A DNA stretch of 64,000 nt from Acanthaster planci (taxonomy: Eukaryota). Below the pieces are notes generated by a model. That model saw only the letters and a list, made by a program, of their open reading frames with translations. It ran no database searches and was not told the DNA's origin. The stretch spans positions 2,302,932 to 2,366,931 of the forward strand of contig NW_019091356.1 in assembly GCF_001949145.1 (NCBI RefSeq), read 5' to 3'. Below are positions 13,501 to 27,487 of this stretch, piece after piece (positions within the stretch are counted from its first letter, which is position 1; every line of letters starts with the position of its first letter). The translations under genes and the position numbers were made by a program.

Positions 13501-14589
13501 TGCGTAATGGTGTGCAGGCTTTGATCGCATCTACTCGAAGCATTTATTGTTTGAGGCACATCATGTGTTCACAACCAGAAAAGCTGTTTAGGCTACGATT
13601 CTGGTGCCAATTAATCAAGTTTGAAAAAAGGACATAATGTATTCACATTCGATAGAAAATTGTTCAGCCTTACAGCTGTGAAATATTGCGTCAATCAGGG
13701 TTGTTTTCGTTTTGTTTTGTTTTCTGTGCCACTTTTCACAATACACAAAACTTCGGTTCAACATGTCAGTGGCTAACCAGAAATAAAGAGAGAAATTTGT
13801 CAGGCGCTATACTGACAACACAGAAGCAACAAACTGAACTGCACTAGATCATCGACATTTTCGACAGACATTAATAATTGTATAAATTCAACCTCCTGAA
13901 AAGTGATCAACAGTGTCTTTCCAATATGTAACTTAAATAGTTTGACGGACACTTTTGTTCCTTAGTAAAATAAAACTGGACTGCAACAGCATCAATAAAA
14001 GGTTACTGTACATTTTTAGGACAATTTGAAATGGACTTGGAATTTCAGGGCTACACTGAGAGCAACCACCCAAGAGCCTGCTCTTCACATTGCTGATGAA
14101 AAATCCTGCCTCAATTTATTGTGAAAACTCATACCCAATAGGCACTCTGAACCAAACTCAGATTTCGAGATAAAGACCTGGCAAAGTTAGATCCCTCCAG
14201 GAAATTATTTCAATAGCTGGTCAATAAGTTAATAAGCCCCGAGCGCGACCAGGAGAGGGCGCAATTTTCCTAGCAACGGAGGCTCCTCCGGTAGGAACTG
14301 CACTTCGCTGGTTCACAAACAACTACAAAATACTTGAGTTGCGGTTCGCAGAGCTACCAACAAAAAAGAACACTCTCGATCAACATGGCTCTTTCAACGG
14401 ATAAGGCAGATAGAGTTCAAGGCGGATAGAGTTCAGTCAGTTCAGGACTTTGATTGGGGCACCTTACTCCCCTAGACTGCAAATATCAGCAGTGTTAGAA
14501 ACGGGCACTTGTTACCGTCGAGTGAAGCCAAATTTCAAGCCCCAAATTAGTTTCTTTTTCAACTGTGTCAAGTTACACATGTATGTCTA

Positions 14590-14931
<342 letters not shown>

Positions 14932-17900
14932 CTAGGATTCTATGAATCATGTCATTTAACAATTGGACACCATCAACGATAGTGGAGTACTAGAATCTTC
15001 CATGGGCCTTGTGTATCACTAACTGATTTCACTCAAACAAGCTCATAACATGAATAAAAAATCCTCGGATTTCACCTCAAAAAAGTCCTAAAACTGTCTA
15101 ACAAGATACACTGTACTTGTACTACGACACATTTTCAAATACTAGGGTGCTCACGTGTGACAACACACTAGAGACCGAGGCCAGATCAGCGCAACAAGAC
15201 CGCTGACTCCATCTGCAGAAAGCAATACAAGTCACTGTACAGAGTGTACATTCTGCGTGCCAGCATACAGTACACAGTGCAGATCGTCCCTTGAACAACA
15301 GCATTCGGCATTTAAGCCTACAAAACACAGCTCTCACCACTTTGGGCAGCACTGAGAGAACCATGGGGTGGCACTGCAACTAAGATATAGAGGGTTTACA
15401 TGGCTGCCATCTTGTGGGCCAGTGCTTTTGCACCACTGGGTTTGCACAAAGAAGGTTTCCCTGAGGAAAAAAACAATTGCCCTGCAAGGCAGCTACCATG
15501 CAAAGCCTCCATATCAATGCTTGTTTCTACTGCTCTAATTGGTTGACTTCATTCAGTTGGCCCATTGTGGCGCTCACTGAGTTAACCAACAGAATTCTGT
15601 AACCCTGAATTCAAATTAAATAACAAAAACAATGCAAATCTGCTGTCCACTGTCTAAAAACCTTAATTACCATGGCGGAAAGAATTCCACAGGCCTATCA
15701 TTAGACCAATTTCTGCATGTCATATCCACCGCCAAGTCTGTCCAACTTTCAAGCCCGTTCACGCTGTTCCCATTAGGTAAAAGACCCCCCTTCCTTTTTA
15801 AAATTTCTTTAAAAAAATTATACCCCCTGCCTTCATTCCTCTTTAAACATGTTAAAACTAATAGACCTTCTTCCTTTTTTAAATTTCTTTAAAATTTTAC
15901 TCCATCTTCAAAGGATCATACCCAGCAGTGGCAGAAGATTTTCAAAGTGGGGGGTCATAATTGTGAGACCATCAAGCATCAACCATTAACACACCGATCC
16001 ATTAAGCCCCTCTCTATTTATAGGACCTGCCAAAAAGGGGAGGGGGGCACAAGCCCCGTCCCCTTGAATCCACAGCCAGTGATCGCACCAAATGTCTCTT
16101 GACAACTGTTATAAACTTCATAAACACGATAGTCAAGAAAAGGGAAAGGGTTCCACAATGGAAAATATCAATTTTCCCTTAAAAAGTTATTACAGAAAGT
16201 GACATGTCCTAAAATATGAAATTTAGCAAAAAAAATCCCAAAGCATTTACTTTGAAAACACTTTTTCAGACAAGTCTCACAGGTTTGTGCACAGGGGCAT
16301 CAAATCCAACATATGATAGACAGGGCAAGGGCAGCGATAATGGCACACAACATCACGTGCATTGCTGGTGCACGGTACGAGTCACTGGGTGTACAAGTTT
16401 ATCAATGTACGAGTTGGGCAGCATACGAGTCGGCATGTATACAAGTTGACCAGCATTCAAGCAACGGCGAAGATTTTCTCTTCTTGGTCATAAGGGAGCC
16501 AAATTATTTTGCAAACAATTTTGGGATTCCAGTCACTAAAGTAAACAAACTTTCTCGAAACGAACACCTGCCTGTATACCAAAGTAAGGCTAGCCTGTAT
16601 CATGCGTGACCGTATGGGGTGGCACGGACATCTGGGAGTTTTGCGAAATGGCAGGTAGCAACCGATGAAAACAACTGCAATGAACACGCGCGTACATACT
16701 GATCAAAGAAATGATTGTGTAATCCGATCGTCTGACTGGATGGTGCACGCATACATCACCACGCTTGCGATTTTCATTGGTTACTACCTCAGTACCTGCC
16801 CCACACCACACTCGACATGTCACCACCTATTGTCAAGTCTCATTGGTTTTCACAGTAAGTGGCGAAATAATGGACCTGGCGGCTATAACAGTATAAGGTC
16901 ACGCACGTTAATCATGGTATGGAGGTAATAATGTTACTTAAGCCTTTCATGTAGTGGGACTAGGCCCTACACCGTACTACACTGTGCACATGCACACCAA
17001 GCCCGATCAACATCACCATTACCACTCAATACGAGGGTCCATGCTTAGCTTACCCACTGGTTTCTTCTCTCCGCACAGCAACCTCAAACCAGCTTAAATT
17101 CCGATTACAGTCGTCTCACAAGTGACTAAAACTACCAGATATGGGCAATGGAGGTAGCAGAACAGTTTCATTAGAAGCAGATCAGATATACTCCAAACGT
17201 ATCACATTATAAAGTCCTGACCGTCACAACAAAATTGTCGCACATGCATGATGCAGAATCTGTTCTTACGTACTGTGCATTGTTGACTGTTCATTGACAT
17301 TCCACTGGTACTGCATACGTTGTACACATTCCATCCATAATACAGTTTACACGATAACACACTGCAGTTGATAAAACAGCGCACGGGCTAAAAACCCGCG
17401 ACTGGTTGGCAGCCAATCAAAGACGCAGTTTCATGGAGAAGCCATGACTCATGCCAAGACAATCCAACCAGAGACTCTGTTTCATACCCGGATTGTTCAC
17501 AAAGCTGCCCGAATGAGACCGATTTCCATTCGCAATCGGGCTCTACTGAAGTGGGTGTGCCAATCAGGAATTTAATGTTTACAGAAACGTTTTGTCAGAT
17601 TTATTGTAATAAAAAGATACAACTTAATATGTAACCCATTTTCAGAATGATTGCAAATGATCTCATTTTGCAAAAGTGTTTTGAGTGGTCAAGGGATACC
17701 TTTATCTTCTTTGAAATGTCTATCATAAATATAGGTGTAAAACCTTGATAATTTTGAATCCCTCGTTTAACAAACTGGTTCCAACTACCTCCGAGCTCTC
17801 CTGCTCAGGTTGAACGTGATTTTTAGTTTTTGGGTTTTTTTGTTGTTGTGATTGGTCAACGCGTTGCAATCTCTTGGCGGCGCACTATTGTGAAACGCCC

Positions 17901-17977
17901 GTATTCGTGCTAGTCTGTTTTTCTTTCGCCGGTGAGGGTGCACTTCGATTCGAAACCATGGAATCGCCCTGACTTAC

Positions 17978-18270
17978 CCGTGTCGGCAAATAAACGAGTG
18001 ATACTTTTTCATACTAGCGACATTTCTACCAGCAGGGGCACTCGGTTGGATCACCAATATCCACTGCTGCGATCCTGCACTTTTGTCAAGGGCCTCTTTT
18101 ACAAGTTTCTTGCCTGGATATTTTTAACCCAGATGGTCCAATTTGCACGCATAAATTAAAAATTCACCGACACAATAGAAATTTTTCTTGTTATGCATTC
18201 ATTTAGTAATATCCTCGCAAATGAATGAAATAACCCAAAGACATTTTTAAATAGTGAGAGAAAGATGTTT
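17978..18270 (-). other. Putative SMAD4 non-coding first exon, proximal copy of a duplicated segment
   Basis: Ends in a strong donor GACACGG|gtaagt (17978/17977); aligns by eye with 18909-19195. The 5' end is approximate. Confidence 0.5.
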
Positions 18271-18908
18271 TTTTGTGAAATTCCTTTGATCGTCTTTGTA
18301 CGCCAAATTGCATAGAGTGTGTTTGTTATTGGTTTTCACAAAACAAGACTCCATGGGTTATGCTCTTTGGGCCCTTTAGGGGGTCTTCCAAATAAATCAG
18401 GGAACTGTGTAAAATAAAATTTTATTCCAAACTTTTAATCTTATCACAAAACATAAGATCAATGAATAGGGATTTCTGCAAATCCCCAAAAATGTCGCTT
18501 TTGTGTAGAGTGGGCTTAAACTATAACACTGAAAGGGGAAGCCACGTTAATGGAGGGGGTTCAGTGTTACTTGTATAACAATTTTCGAAACTGGTTTCGC
18601 GGTAATACAGAGCGCGAGGAAGTGCCGATTAATGTCCTGATAATCTATGTAAAGAAATGTGATCGTGTTTATAAGCATTGCCTCAGACTCCGTCTCCTGT
18701 ATGCAGGGTGTCCGCATTGCCACCCCACACGCCTGTTATGACAGCCCCGCCCAAAACGGCAAACACGGCATTCCCAGTTGGGTACCTTCCGCCTTTACTT
18801 GCGTACTGCCGGTTCGCGAATTGCACAAAACATTACAATTTCTCAGTCCCGCAATAACTTGATTTCGACATCATTGTTATATATACTGTAGGATCCATCC
18901 CGGCCTAC

Positions 18909-19195
18909 CGTGTCGGCTAATGGCTAAGTGGATACTTCGTCATAGCGATATTTCTACCAGCAGAGGTACTCGGTTTGAACACCCAAGATCCACTGGCGCA
19001 ATCCGGCACTTTTTCAAACGTCTCTTTTTCAAGTCTTTTGTCTGGATATTTTCAACCCAGACCGACCGATTTGGACGCATAAATTAAAAATTCACAAAAT
19101 TGACATTTTCTTGCGTACTTTTATTGGGTAAAACTCGACCCAAAATGGGATGAAGTTACGCAAAAACATTTTTTTATGGAATGAGAGGATGGTTT
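18909..19195 (-). other. Putative SMAD4 non-coding first exon, distal copy of a duplicated segment
   Basis: Diverged copy of 17978-18270 ending in donor GACACG|gtaggc; shares blocks such as atttctaccagcag and cgcataaattaaaaattcac. Confidence 0.42.
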
Positions 19196-19791
19196 TGTGG
19201 CTTCCTTACCCACTGCACGCTGATTAAGCCCCCCTTTAAGTCTCGCTTCTCGGAGAGGTTTCCACAAATTGCGATTGGTAGTCTTAGCACTAATTTTCCT
19301 AAAAGAGTGTTTTATTTTTGCTTTTCACACAATAACGCGAACGTAAATTCATTGTGTATTCGTGAATTTGAAACTGTTTGAAGTGGATCCCTGCCTCCAA
19401 CCTATCACAAACCCTTTCATGAAGCTTTTTTTTTTCACGGACTTCCCAGGAGTTAACTTTTGGAGAGGATACTTTCTTTTTTGTTTAGTCCTTAATACTT
19501 TAACTTATAGGGTCCCGAATGGCACGACAAAAGTTGTATGACGAAAGATACATCAGTTTACAGTATTTGTCATGCCACCGACGCTACATACGTTGCAAAT
19601 AATGGACAATTTACTCACAAATACCTTCCAATATTAGTCTGTAGCCTAGCCTGGGGACAGGGTAGATTTTTTCCCGAATTGCTAATTCCTACGAAGAATT
19701 TTACCTTACTTTTAGTTTGCAATTTATCTTAAATTTGAGATTTTTTTTAATGTTTAAGATTTGAAAACATTTACCTGCCACCATGGCCAAG

Positions 19792-20010
19792 CAGTGGCGT
19801 AGCAACGGGGGCTGGGGTGGCATGTGCCCCCACAAATTCCCGGTGCCTCCCCCCTGCCCACTAAAATAATGGATGAATGGATATTGAACAAGGCTAACAA
19901 AAGCTTGCGCCCCACCCCAAAAAAGCACCACTGAAAGCTGGTGCCCCCCCCCATAAGATGCTGAGACACCTTTGTCCCCCCCCCCCAGTAAAATCCTACC
20001 TACGCCACTG
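19792..20010. mobile_element. hAT-like MITE
   Basis: CAGTGGCGTAG ... CTACGCCACTG terminal inverted repeats; flanks tggccaag and tggccgcg resemble a degenerate 8-bp TSD; G/C-run-rich interior. Confidence 0.6.
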
Positions 20011-20099
20011 TGGCCGCGGTCCAAGTCTGCAACGTACCCTAACTACGTACATACTGGGGCAAATTGGAGTTTGCCTACCTCATCCTACTAGCCACACCC

Positions 20100-20193
20100 T
20101 TCGTGATCAACCACGTGATCCTTGAGGGCGCGCTCACGATATGCTGCCCTTCACCATTTTTTGACAAAATTGTAGTATCTCACGAAATTTCAG
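20100..20193 (+). promoter_or_regulatory. Putative promoter and non-coding first exon of paralogue A, divergent from SMAD4
   Basis: CpG-containing patch with an E-box CACGTG (~20112) and GAGGGCGC, followed by a consensus donor CAG|gtaagt at 20193/20194; candidate acceptors at 21444 or 21454. Confidence 0.45.
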
Positions 20194-20454
20194 GTAAGTT
20201 ATTCCGGTTTTCCAGAGAAATCGCGGATGAGCGCTTGGCCCATGTCATTATTCGTTCGAACTTACTTAATGTTAATGTGAGGTATTCAGAGATTTGTTCA
20301 CGTTTGGCGTGCTTGGGAATACTCAGCTAAATTTGTGTCCAATTTCCAGATGGCACTGTTTTTGAATTTCGGACCAAATTTCATGGCATTTCAATTATTT
20401 GTAAAAGTTCACCAGCATGCTTTCTGAAGGTACTTGTGCCGGAATTTAACTGAA

Positions 20455-20670
20455 CACTCTTAAAAAAGAAAGGTTAAAAGTTGTACCCCTAGGTGCGAAT
20501 TTATCCCCAGGATATGGTGTGTGTTCCCCTGTAGGTGCGCGTACGGCCAAGTAGGGGTTCACACACCCAAACTGGGGTGCAAGTTTGCACCATTTACTGT
20601 GGGTGCTGCTATTGAGTATTGTATCAATAGGGGTGCAAATGTGAACCTTTATTTCTTAGACTTTAGAGTG
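20455..20670. mobile_element. MITE-like element with CACTCT..AGAGTG ends
   Basis: CACTCTTAAAAAAGAAAGGTT ... AACCTTTATTTCTTAGACTTTAGAGTG imperfect inverted ends, AA flanks, internal GGGTGCAA/TTGCACC subrepeats. Confidence 0.45.
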
Positions 20671-21670
20671 AATGAATATGAAATTTTCAGTCAAAAAGAA
20701 GTACGTAAGCCTACATTACAGTTGTTAGTAAATTTTCAAATCTCTGTAATGGAGTCTTTTTAACCTGAAAGGAATAAATAAGAATAAGTAGATATGTATT
20801 CAACCGTGGCTCTGTTATGTCCCATCTTTAGCCACTGCCCCAACTGTGTCCAGTACATATGTGTAGTTGGGCCTATCCACCTAACTTTGGTTTGGGGGAA
20901 TTGTTTTAATATATTTTTAGGAAATTGTACTGAAGACTAGAGAATTAAGTGAAAAATTATAATGTTCATGTACATTGAAAAAAAAATGAAATCAGGGAAG
21001 AGCCAAATGACATTAAAACTGATACTGGGATTAGCAAACAGTTTCTGGCCTTGCATTACTTGTTTGGCATATCCTGCTTTCCGTGAGGACTCGGCTTAGA
21101 TCAATGTAAACAGGGAGCCGGTGGAAACTTCCTGATTGTACTTACAGCAGTGATACTGTTCTCTCAACTCATGCCTAACAGCGCACATAGAACAAGCATA
21201 ACTAGTGTCATGCTAGGTGAATTTTGAGTGCGGTCAGTGGATCCGTGTGGTTATTTGACGTCGCTGAGCTTCTGTTCTCTGTGTTTTTGGTTTTGATTTC
21301 GGCTGTGGAAGATTGTTTGGCAAGGGGTGAAGTGTGAGATCACGTCCACGGAGTTGTCATGCTTGTCATCCTACAAACAAGTTGAGTGGGAAATTTTGTT
21401 CCTTAGCTCCTAAACTTGCTTTCTTCTCTGTGTGCCTGTTGTAGTGATTCACAGGGATGGTGAACCAGGGGGAGCGATACCTCACGTTTGGAGTGAAACG
21501 GTGTCGCATTTCATTTACTCCCTGTCGCGACTGTGGTAGCAAGTGAAAGACACTGGCGTGAAAGGACAGATCATGGGGTCGGCCTTGATTTAAATCGTAT
21601 CACATCGCTTGGGCCTGCGCCTCTGTCATCAAACAAAAGCTGGTTGTTGACTAACAACAGAAGGAGCACT

Positions 21671-24600
21671 ATGGCACTGCACAATTACTGCAGACTTGGA
21701 GGACTGCCGGATGCCTGCAGTCGTGTTGCCTGTGATATGGAAGACTTTCCTGAGTTGCCTAAACTTGCAGATATCTTCAAGAATTGTACGTACATTCTGC
21801 ATATATATCATTTTCCTCCCTTCCATTCCTCCGTAGGTTTTAAAAGAGGTAAAGGCTTCTATCTCTCTGACCTGAAAAAAGATTTTAGAATGGGTGGGAG
21901 GGATGGGTGTGGCTCTCACTTTGAATCCGCCTCTGAGATTTTCAGACAATTTTCAATAAAAGTTGAAGAGTTTCAGATAAAACGACTATAAACCAATATT
22001 TGGTAAAGTTACTTGCCTAAAAATTGGTGAATATTAATTAAAACAATAAGCAGAAGTTTAGTTGGTCCATTCTATCACCAACAACTATCTCTGCTGATTC
22101 AAATAATCCTGGGGGGAAAAAAATCAAACATTGGCATAATGAATGCTTTCCGATAGCTTACATACACTTCTATATGTAATGTACTTTCAATAAAAGAGAT
22201 TGCGTAACTGGCAATAGGTGTTCTCATGCAGTGTAAATAAAAGTCCATGGTCGTTTGGTCTCCTGACTTCCCATTTGGCTTCCTGTTGATCGACAATCAA
22301 AACATGGCATCTTACATGGAAAAATACTGTGATGCTGGAGTACAGTGTTTTTTACTTGTCGCCATGTGGGACACGAAAGTGGATAAACAGGGCCTGTGGA
22401 AAATTATATGCACATGTCATCCTGGGTTTCAAATTTTACTTTCAAAAGAAAAGGAAATGATCATGCCTTGCACTGGTGTGAAAGTAGTGATGTGTGAAAA
22501 CAACCAACTGTGATACGTACACGTAACAAGGCCTAATACAGTTTGTTTGATTACTTTCTATTTGCCAACTTCCGTGAGTTTTTCATTCCACATTTTACTA
22601 AGGATGGGACGTGTACACGTTTAAACGAAAAAAAGTTTGAAATCCGTTTACAGTTTTTCGCCACCATTTAGACGGAACCGCCCCGTTTAGAGGTTGGACG
22701 TTTTTATTGATGCAATCTGGCGTTCATTTTTCATATTAAACGATGCTTGCAAAATGTAGTTTGATTTTCAGGACACTTTACTGCTCTGTCATTATCAAAG
22801 GAATACCATGAATTCATCACGGGAATTTTGTGTCAACTCTTTGCATTGTATACAATTTGTTGCGTTAAAAGTTTTTAGTGACACCGTGGTAAGGGTGGAA
22901 CGTTTACTCGTTTAAACAGTACGGGATAGTTTTCTAAACATTTTTCAAATCAAACGTAAATTCCCACCCTCGCATTTTACCCCAAAAGGGGGGTTGTTAA
23001 CGTGTCAGTGTGCTCTCGTGATAACACAAAGCTTTACTTGATCTTGCACAAAGACGAAAGTTTAAAGGAAGGCTCTGATAGAGGTACACTTCCAATGAAG
23101 AAACAGCACTAGAGTTCAGGATTTAACATACCACTTCCAGATATATGTAAAAATCCTTTCCAAAGTGTCAGTCTGTCACAGAATTAGTCCCCTGTTGAAT
23201 GTTTCCACGTTTTCCCTTTTTTGTTGAATGATACTATGAAAATACTAGTGGAATGTTTTTTCATTTTAACAGGTGACGTTCCTGGCCTAGAAGAAACCTG
23301 CTATGTGCTGTTTGTGTTGCTTATTATTCCCGTATCAGCTGGAGTTTTCTTCGCCGTGTAAGTGCTGCACAGTTCTTGAATATCAGTGATTGTCTCAGAG
23401 TTGTCGCGGGGTAATGCTGATTCACATGCTTTGGCCCAAAATCATTCCCCCAAACATTTGTGTACATGTATTGCGTGATCAGTTCACACCATGCGACGTA
23501 AGTAGTCAGTGCCCCTTCCTCGGCACACCACGCTTTTTTCCTTTCGTTTTCCCCACAAATCAGCATTTTCTGCCATGAGACTAGCTCTGTGAAATTTAGT
23601 CTGGGACAAATTTTATATGGTTTTTTTTTTTGGAACTTGAGAAATTATTCCTCATCTAGATGTTTGATATTTGACTAAAGCTGAGAGGCATTTTTTCCTG
23701 AAAGTTCAGGCTAAAGAACCACCCCTTAGAAAGATACAAACGCAATCTTATTGTTTACATTTTGTAGGGTTTTCCGTATTAGCATCCTAGCATGAGTGCA
23801 TGTGGATGCTTGCCCATGCATGACGCATGTACATGCCCGATCTTCTAGAGATCATGCATGGTCATGAATGAATAAGGCACACAATGGTTAGAGAGAATAA
23901 GCCTTTTGCGAGTTCAATTTGAGTAAAATCTGGCACACTGAGTTCTTTAAATTCTTGTGAACATAACGATTTTTTTCTTCACACTAAAAACACTGGTGCT
24001 ATACCTGGCGATTCGGGGCAAGCGTTTGCTTAGTTACATAAGACATGCCTTGCACCAATACACTGTTCTTAATGGATAAGAAGGGCACAAAGGAACCAGT
24101 TTATTCCAGAGATGGTGGTCGCTATGCAACAGCTTGCCCCGAATCACGAGGTATAGCAATAGTGTCTTAAGTCTGGGGAATTCAAATTGTTACGTTTCTG
24201 TGTAATTCAGTGTACCTGATTTTATTCAAATTTAACTCACAAATGGCTTATTGATCACTGGGGGAGGGAATTACATGAAACACACCCCCGCTCTGCTGTC
24301 GACTGACAGTTTACTTTTGTTGAACCATCATCATCTTCTGCCATTCATTGGAAGGGCAGAGCCAGACTTGCTGAGATAAGGCACGGAGAGTGGAGACCAC
24401 CCCACCCCCCCTCCCCAAAAAGTTTTGAACTCCAAAATGTGGAGTTGATGCAAGTTGAGTGGACTCCTTGATCTCGGTCTCACTCCTAAAGTTGGGATAT
24501 TCCCTTCTCAATCACACATACCCCCCTCAAGGACTTCATTGTGGGTACTAGCTACTCCCCACACCCATTTTCTGTATCCTGGCTCCGCCTCCTCAGTGTC

Positions 24601-25316
24601 TGATATGTCCGCACACTCTGTCATTTGCCTGGTGCTGTTTCGTTCTTTGACGCCGAAGTGGTGTGGAAAAGTCACTAACATTGCTAACATTTTAACTTCT
24701 GCAAAACATTTACCTAGCAGCCCTTTGCAAAACCCTTCACGGCGGCACCTGCCTAAATTGGTTTCAAAAGAACTGAAACCCCCAAATGGGTGTTCAAGGC
24801 TTCTCTTTCACTCTGCTGTTGTGTTTCAAATCTGCGCTTTGATGCAGTGCACAAAATTTACTATTTGATTCCAGTTTCAAGCAGATTTGAGGGCATCAGT
24901 AGCAGGTGGTCTTCCGTGGCTCTCGGAGTGCGTTTAAGCCTTTCACAAAAGATGCAGAATGATTCCACTTGCAGTAATGCAATGTTAGTGATGCAACATT
25001 GCCGCATTACAAGGTTTCATTACAAAGCTGGTGCTTGGGATACTCAGTAGGTCGTGCTGTCACTGGCTTGTTTTTTTTTCTTCCTCCCGCCCCTGTCCCC
25101 TTGGTTTTTTTTGTTGTTGTCACGTTTCTGTATCTTAGGTGGACTGTGCAGCGGGGTCGGGCCAAGTCATATCCAAATGCCAACCCGGCCAGCCATTCTC
25201 AGCCCTCCACGTCGTCGCTGGCCCCACTGCCAAATAATGGTGTGCCCCCCGCGTCCTCAGCAGGAGGCCTCGAATTGCAAGCCCGCGGTGAGGGCTCCAA
25301 ACCCGTCGCAGTTTGA
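21671..25316 (+). CDS. Paralogue A: uncharacterised small single-pass (type III-like) membrane protein, short isoform, 125 aa
   Basis: Exons 21671-21785 (MALHNYCRLGGLPDACSRVACDMEDFPELPKLADIFKN, phase 1), 23273-23357 (CDVPGLEETCYVLFVLLIIPVSAGVFFAV, TM, phase 2) and 25139-25316 (WTVQRGRAKSYPN...KPVAV*). GT-AG sites with consistent phases; in-frame upstream stop at 21494; ATG context agcactATGG. Confidence 0.75.
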
Positions 25317-27428
25317 CTGCGTCCCGGACTGCCTCCCGGATCAAAGTTTCTCGAGCCACCAAACACAACCGGCAGTTTGGTGTGCATTACCACGCTCTGG
25401 TTGAGGGTCTCAGACCAGCCTGCTTCGGCTGTCTCTTTTTTCACGCTCTACCTGCACTGGCCTGATTTTGGGCACACCGTCACACTTTTGCACTATCGGG
25501 GATCACGCTGTCTGTGCCTGCAAACTAATGACCACTGTGGGTGCCTCACACACATTTGAAATGAAATAGGGAAAGAGGTTGAACTGGCAACTTCTGACCA
25601 CGCTTCCAGTTTTCACAGTGGCAATGTAAAGGAGACTCTGACTCTTAAGCAGGGGCAGCCGCTACTTCTGTTCCAGTGTGTAATCCCTGTGCAAACATAA
25701 TGCCTAGGCTCTGGTAGTATCTCTGTGTACTTGCGGTTCCCACAAGGTTCCTTCAATGGTATTCAAGCACATTCTACAAAACAGTTCGAGCACAAGTAGA
25801 CAATTTTAGTTCCTAGAAGTTTTCTACGCTTGTCAGCAAACAGTGCCAGCAGGTACTGACATCACCTGACCATTCAGAATAATATGTACCAGTATGTCTG
25901 CGAAGATGTGAGATTAAAAGTACTTAAATTACAAAATACGTGTGAATCGGGCAGTGCTATATATATATATATGTAATTACAGGCCACTGTGGAACGTACA
26001 AAATGTAGAACCAATTTATTTTTCTTTAGTATCTGACACCAAGTGTGCAGCTGAATCTTGTCAGCAGTATGTGAAAAGAGCATCAGTTGGTTTTAAAAAG
26101 AGGGCGAGGTAATTGAGCGTCTGTACCAGTGTTATAGCTATGCCTGTCGGCGCCGGTCAGGGATCTCCACCATTGCAGTCTACCGTCCAGCACTAAGATT
26201 GATGAAACAGCCCCCTGACCGGCACAAAATTTCTTTAAAATCCCTGCAATAACATCAGTCACTATGAAAATTTCATGTTTTACCTGAAAGAATTAAAATG
26301 TGAACTCTTAAGCAATTTGGAAAAAGTGATCTAGAGTCCCCTAAGGTGGGCCCCTGGACCCCGGGCTGTGATTTGCGAGACTGCAATCGTTTCGCTACCC
26401 TCTGTTCGCCATTACTTAAATTGTCCTGCACCAATATATGGCTGGCTATAAGACTGGTCTGAACAAAACATTTTTTTTTTAAGGAAGAAAAAGAACCAAT
26501 TTTAATAAAAACCATTATTTTTCTATGAATATTCTCTTTAAACCTAACCTCTTCAACCAATTCTCTTTTTTTGGGGGGGGGGCTTCCCAAATCTGGCAAG
26601 ATACAGTGAATAATTTAGCTTAGTCACACTTTAAACCTCCAAAACAACAAAAGAAAACCCACCATAAAATGATGAGGAAATGAAGCCCCAGGTGAAAATT
26701 AACAGCCGAGTCAGACAGTACGTATCAGCAGGCACATTGAGGTGGTTTTATTTCTAATTAAAGATCCTAAGTACCATTATCTTCACAAAAAGGCAACGTA
26801 GCCTGTCCCTTTGTAAACTAGAGGTGTATCCTTTTTCTATCAGCATATGTATTCATATGTTCATGTACAATTCAGACACTGGAACCTCTGTATTATGATT
26901 TACAGGTATAAATGTAACCTTAACTTCAATCCTGAGCCCCTCCCCCCACCCATCAGTCTACCCCCATTCTAACCCTATTTCTTGCCCTAAAATCCTCCGT
27001 TTTCTTAACTTCACATACATGTAGTCTAATTGCATCTGTGTATTGAGTATTCACAGTGCTGGAACAGAATCTCGCCACACTTGTTAATTCCAAATTGAAG
27101 GCTTCACTGCACGTGGTTGGCATTTGCATGTTCTTTCGCCCACACTGACATTTGAGAGTACAACAGCCAACACAAGCACATAAACATCATAATTATTCAC
27201 GGTGGAAACCGAGGCATATGATACGTCTATGGCCTCGCCCCACACTGCTGTGTATACATTCAGTGAAATGTTCCTGTGTACATAAAAACAGAAGATGCCG
27301 AGTTACTGCACGTTAGATTCACGTGCAGTTATTTTCTGAGTATCAAGTTCCGTGTTCTAAATTATTATAAATTGATATATAACATTTGTATGTTGCTCAT
27401 ACCGTTTTCATTCTACCTAGTATTAATG

Positions 27429-27487
27429 TTAACCCTAACACTCCTCAATCCTTCACCTGTTGGAGGACTGAGGAGTGTTAGGGTTAA
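27429..27487. mobile_element. 59-bp TTAA-flanked hairpin mini-MITE (piggyBac-like ends), copy 1
   Basis: TTAA-CCCTAACACTCCTCAATCCTTCA...TGGAGGACTGAGGAGTGTTAGGG-TTAA; near-identical copies at 49835 and 62817. Confidence 0.75.
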
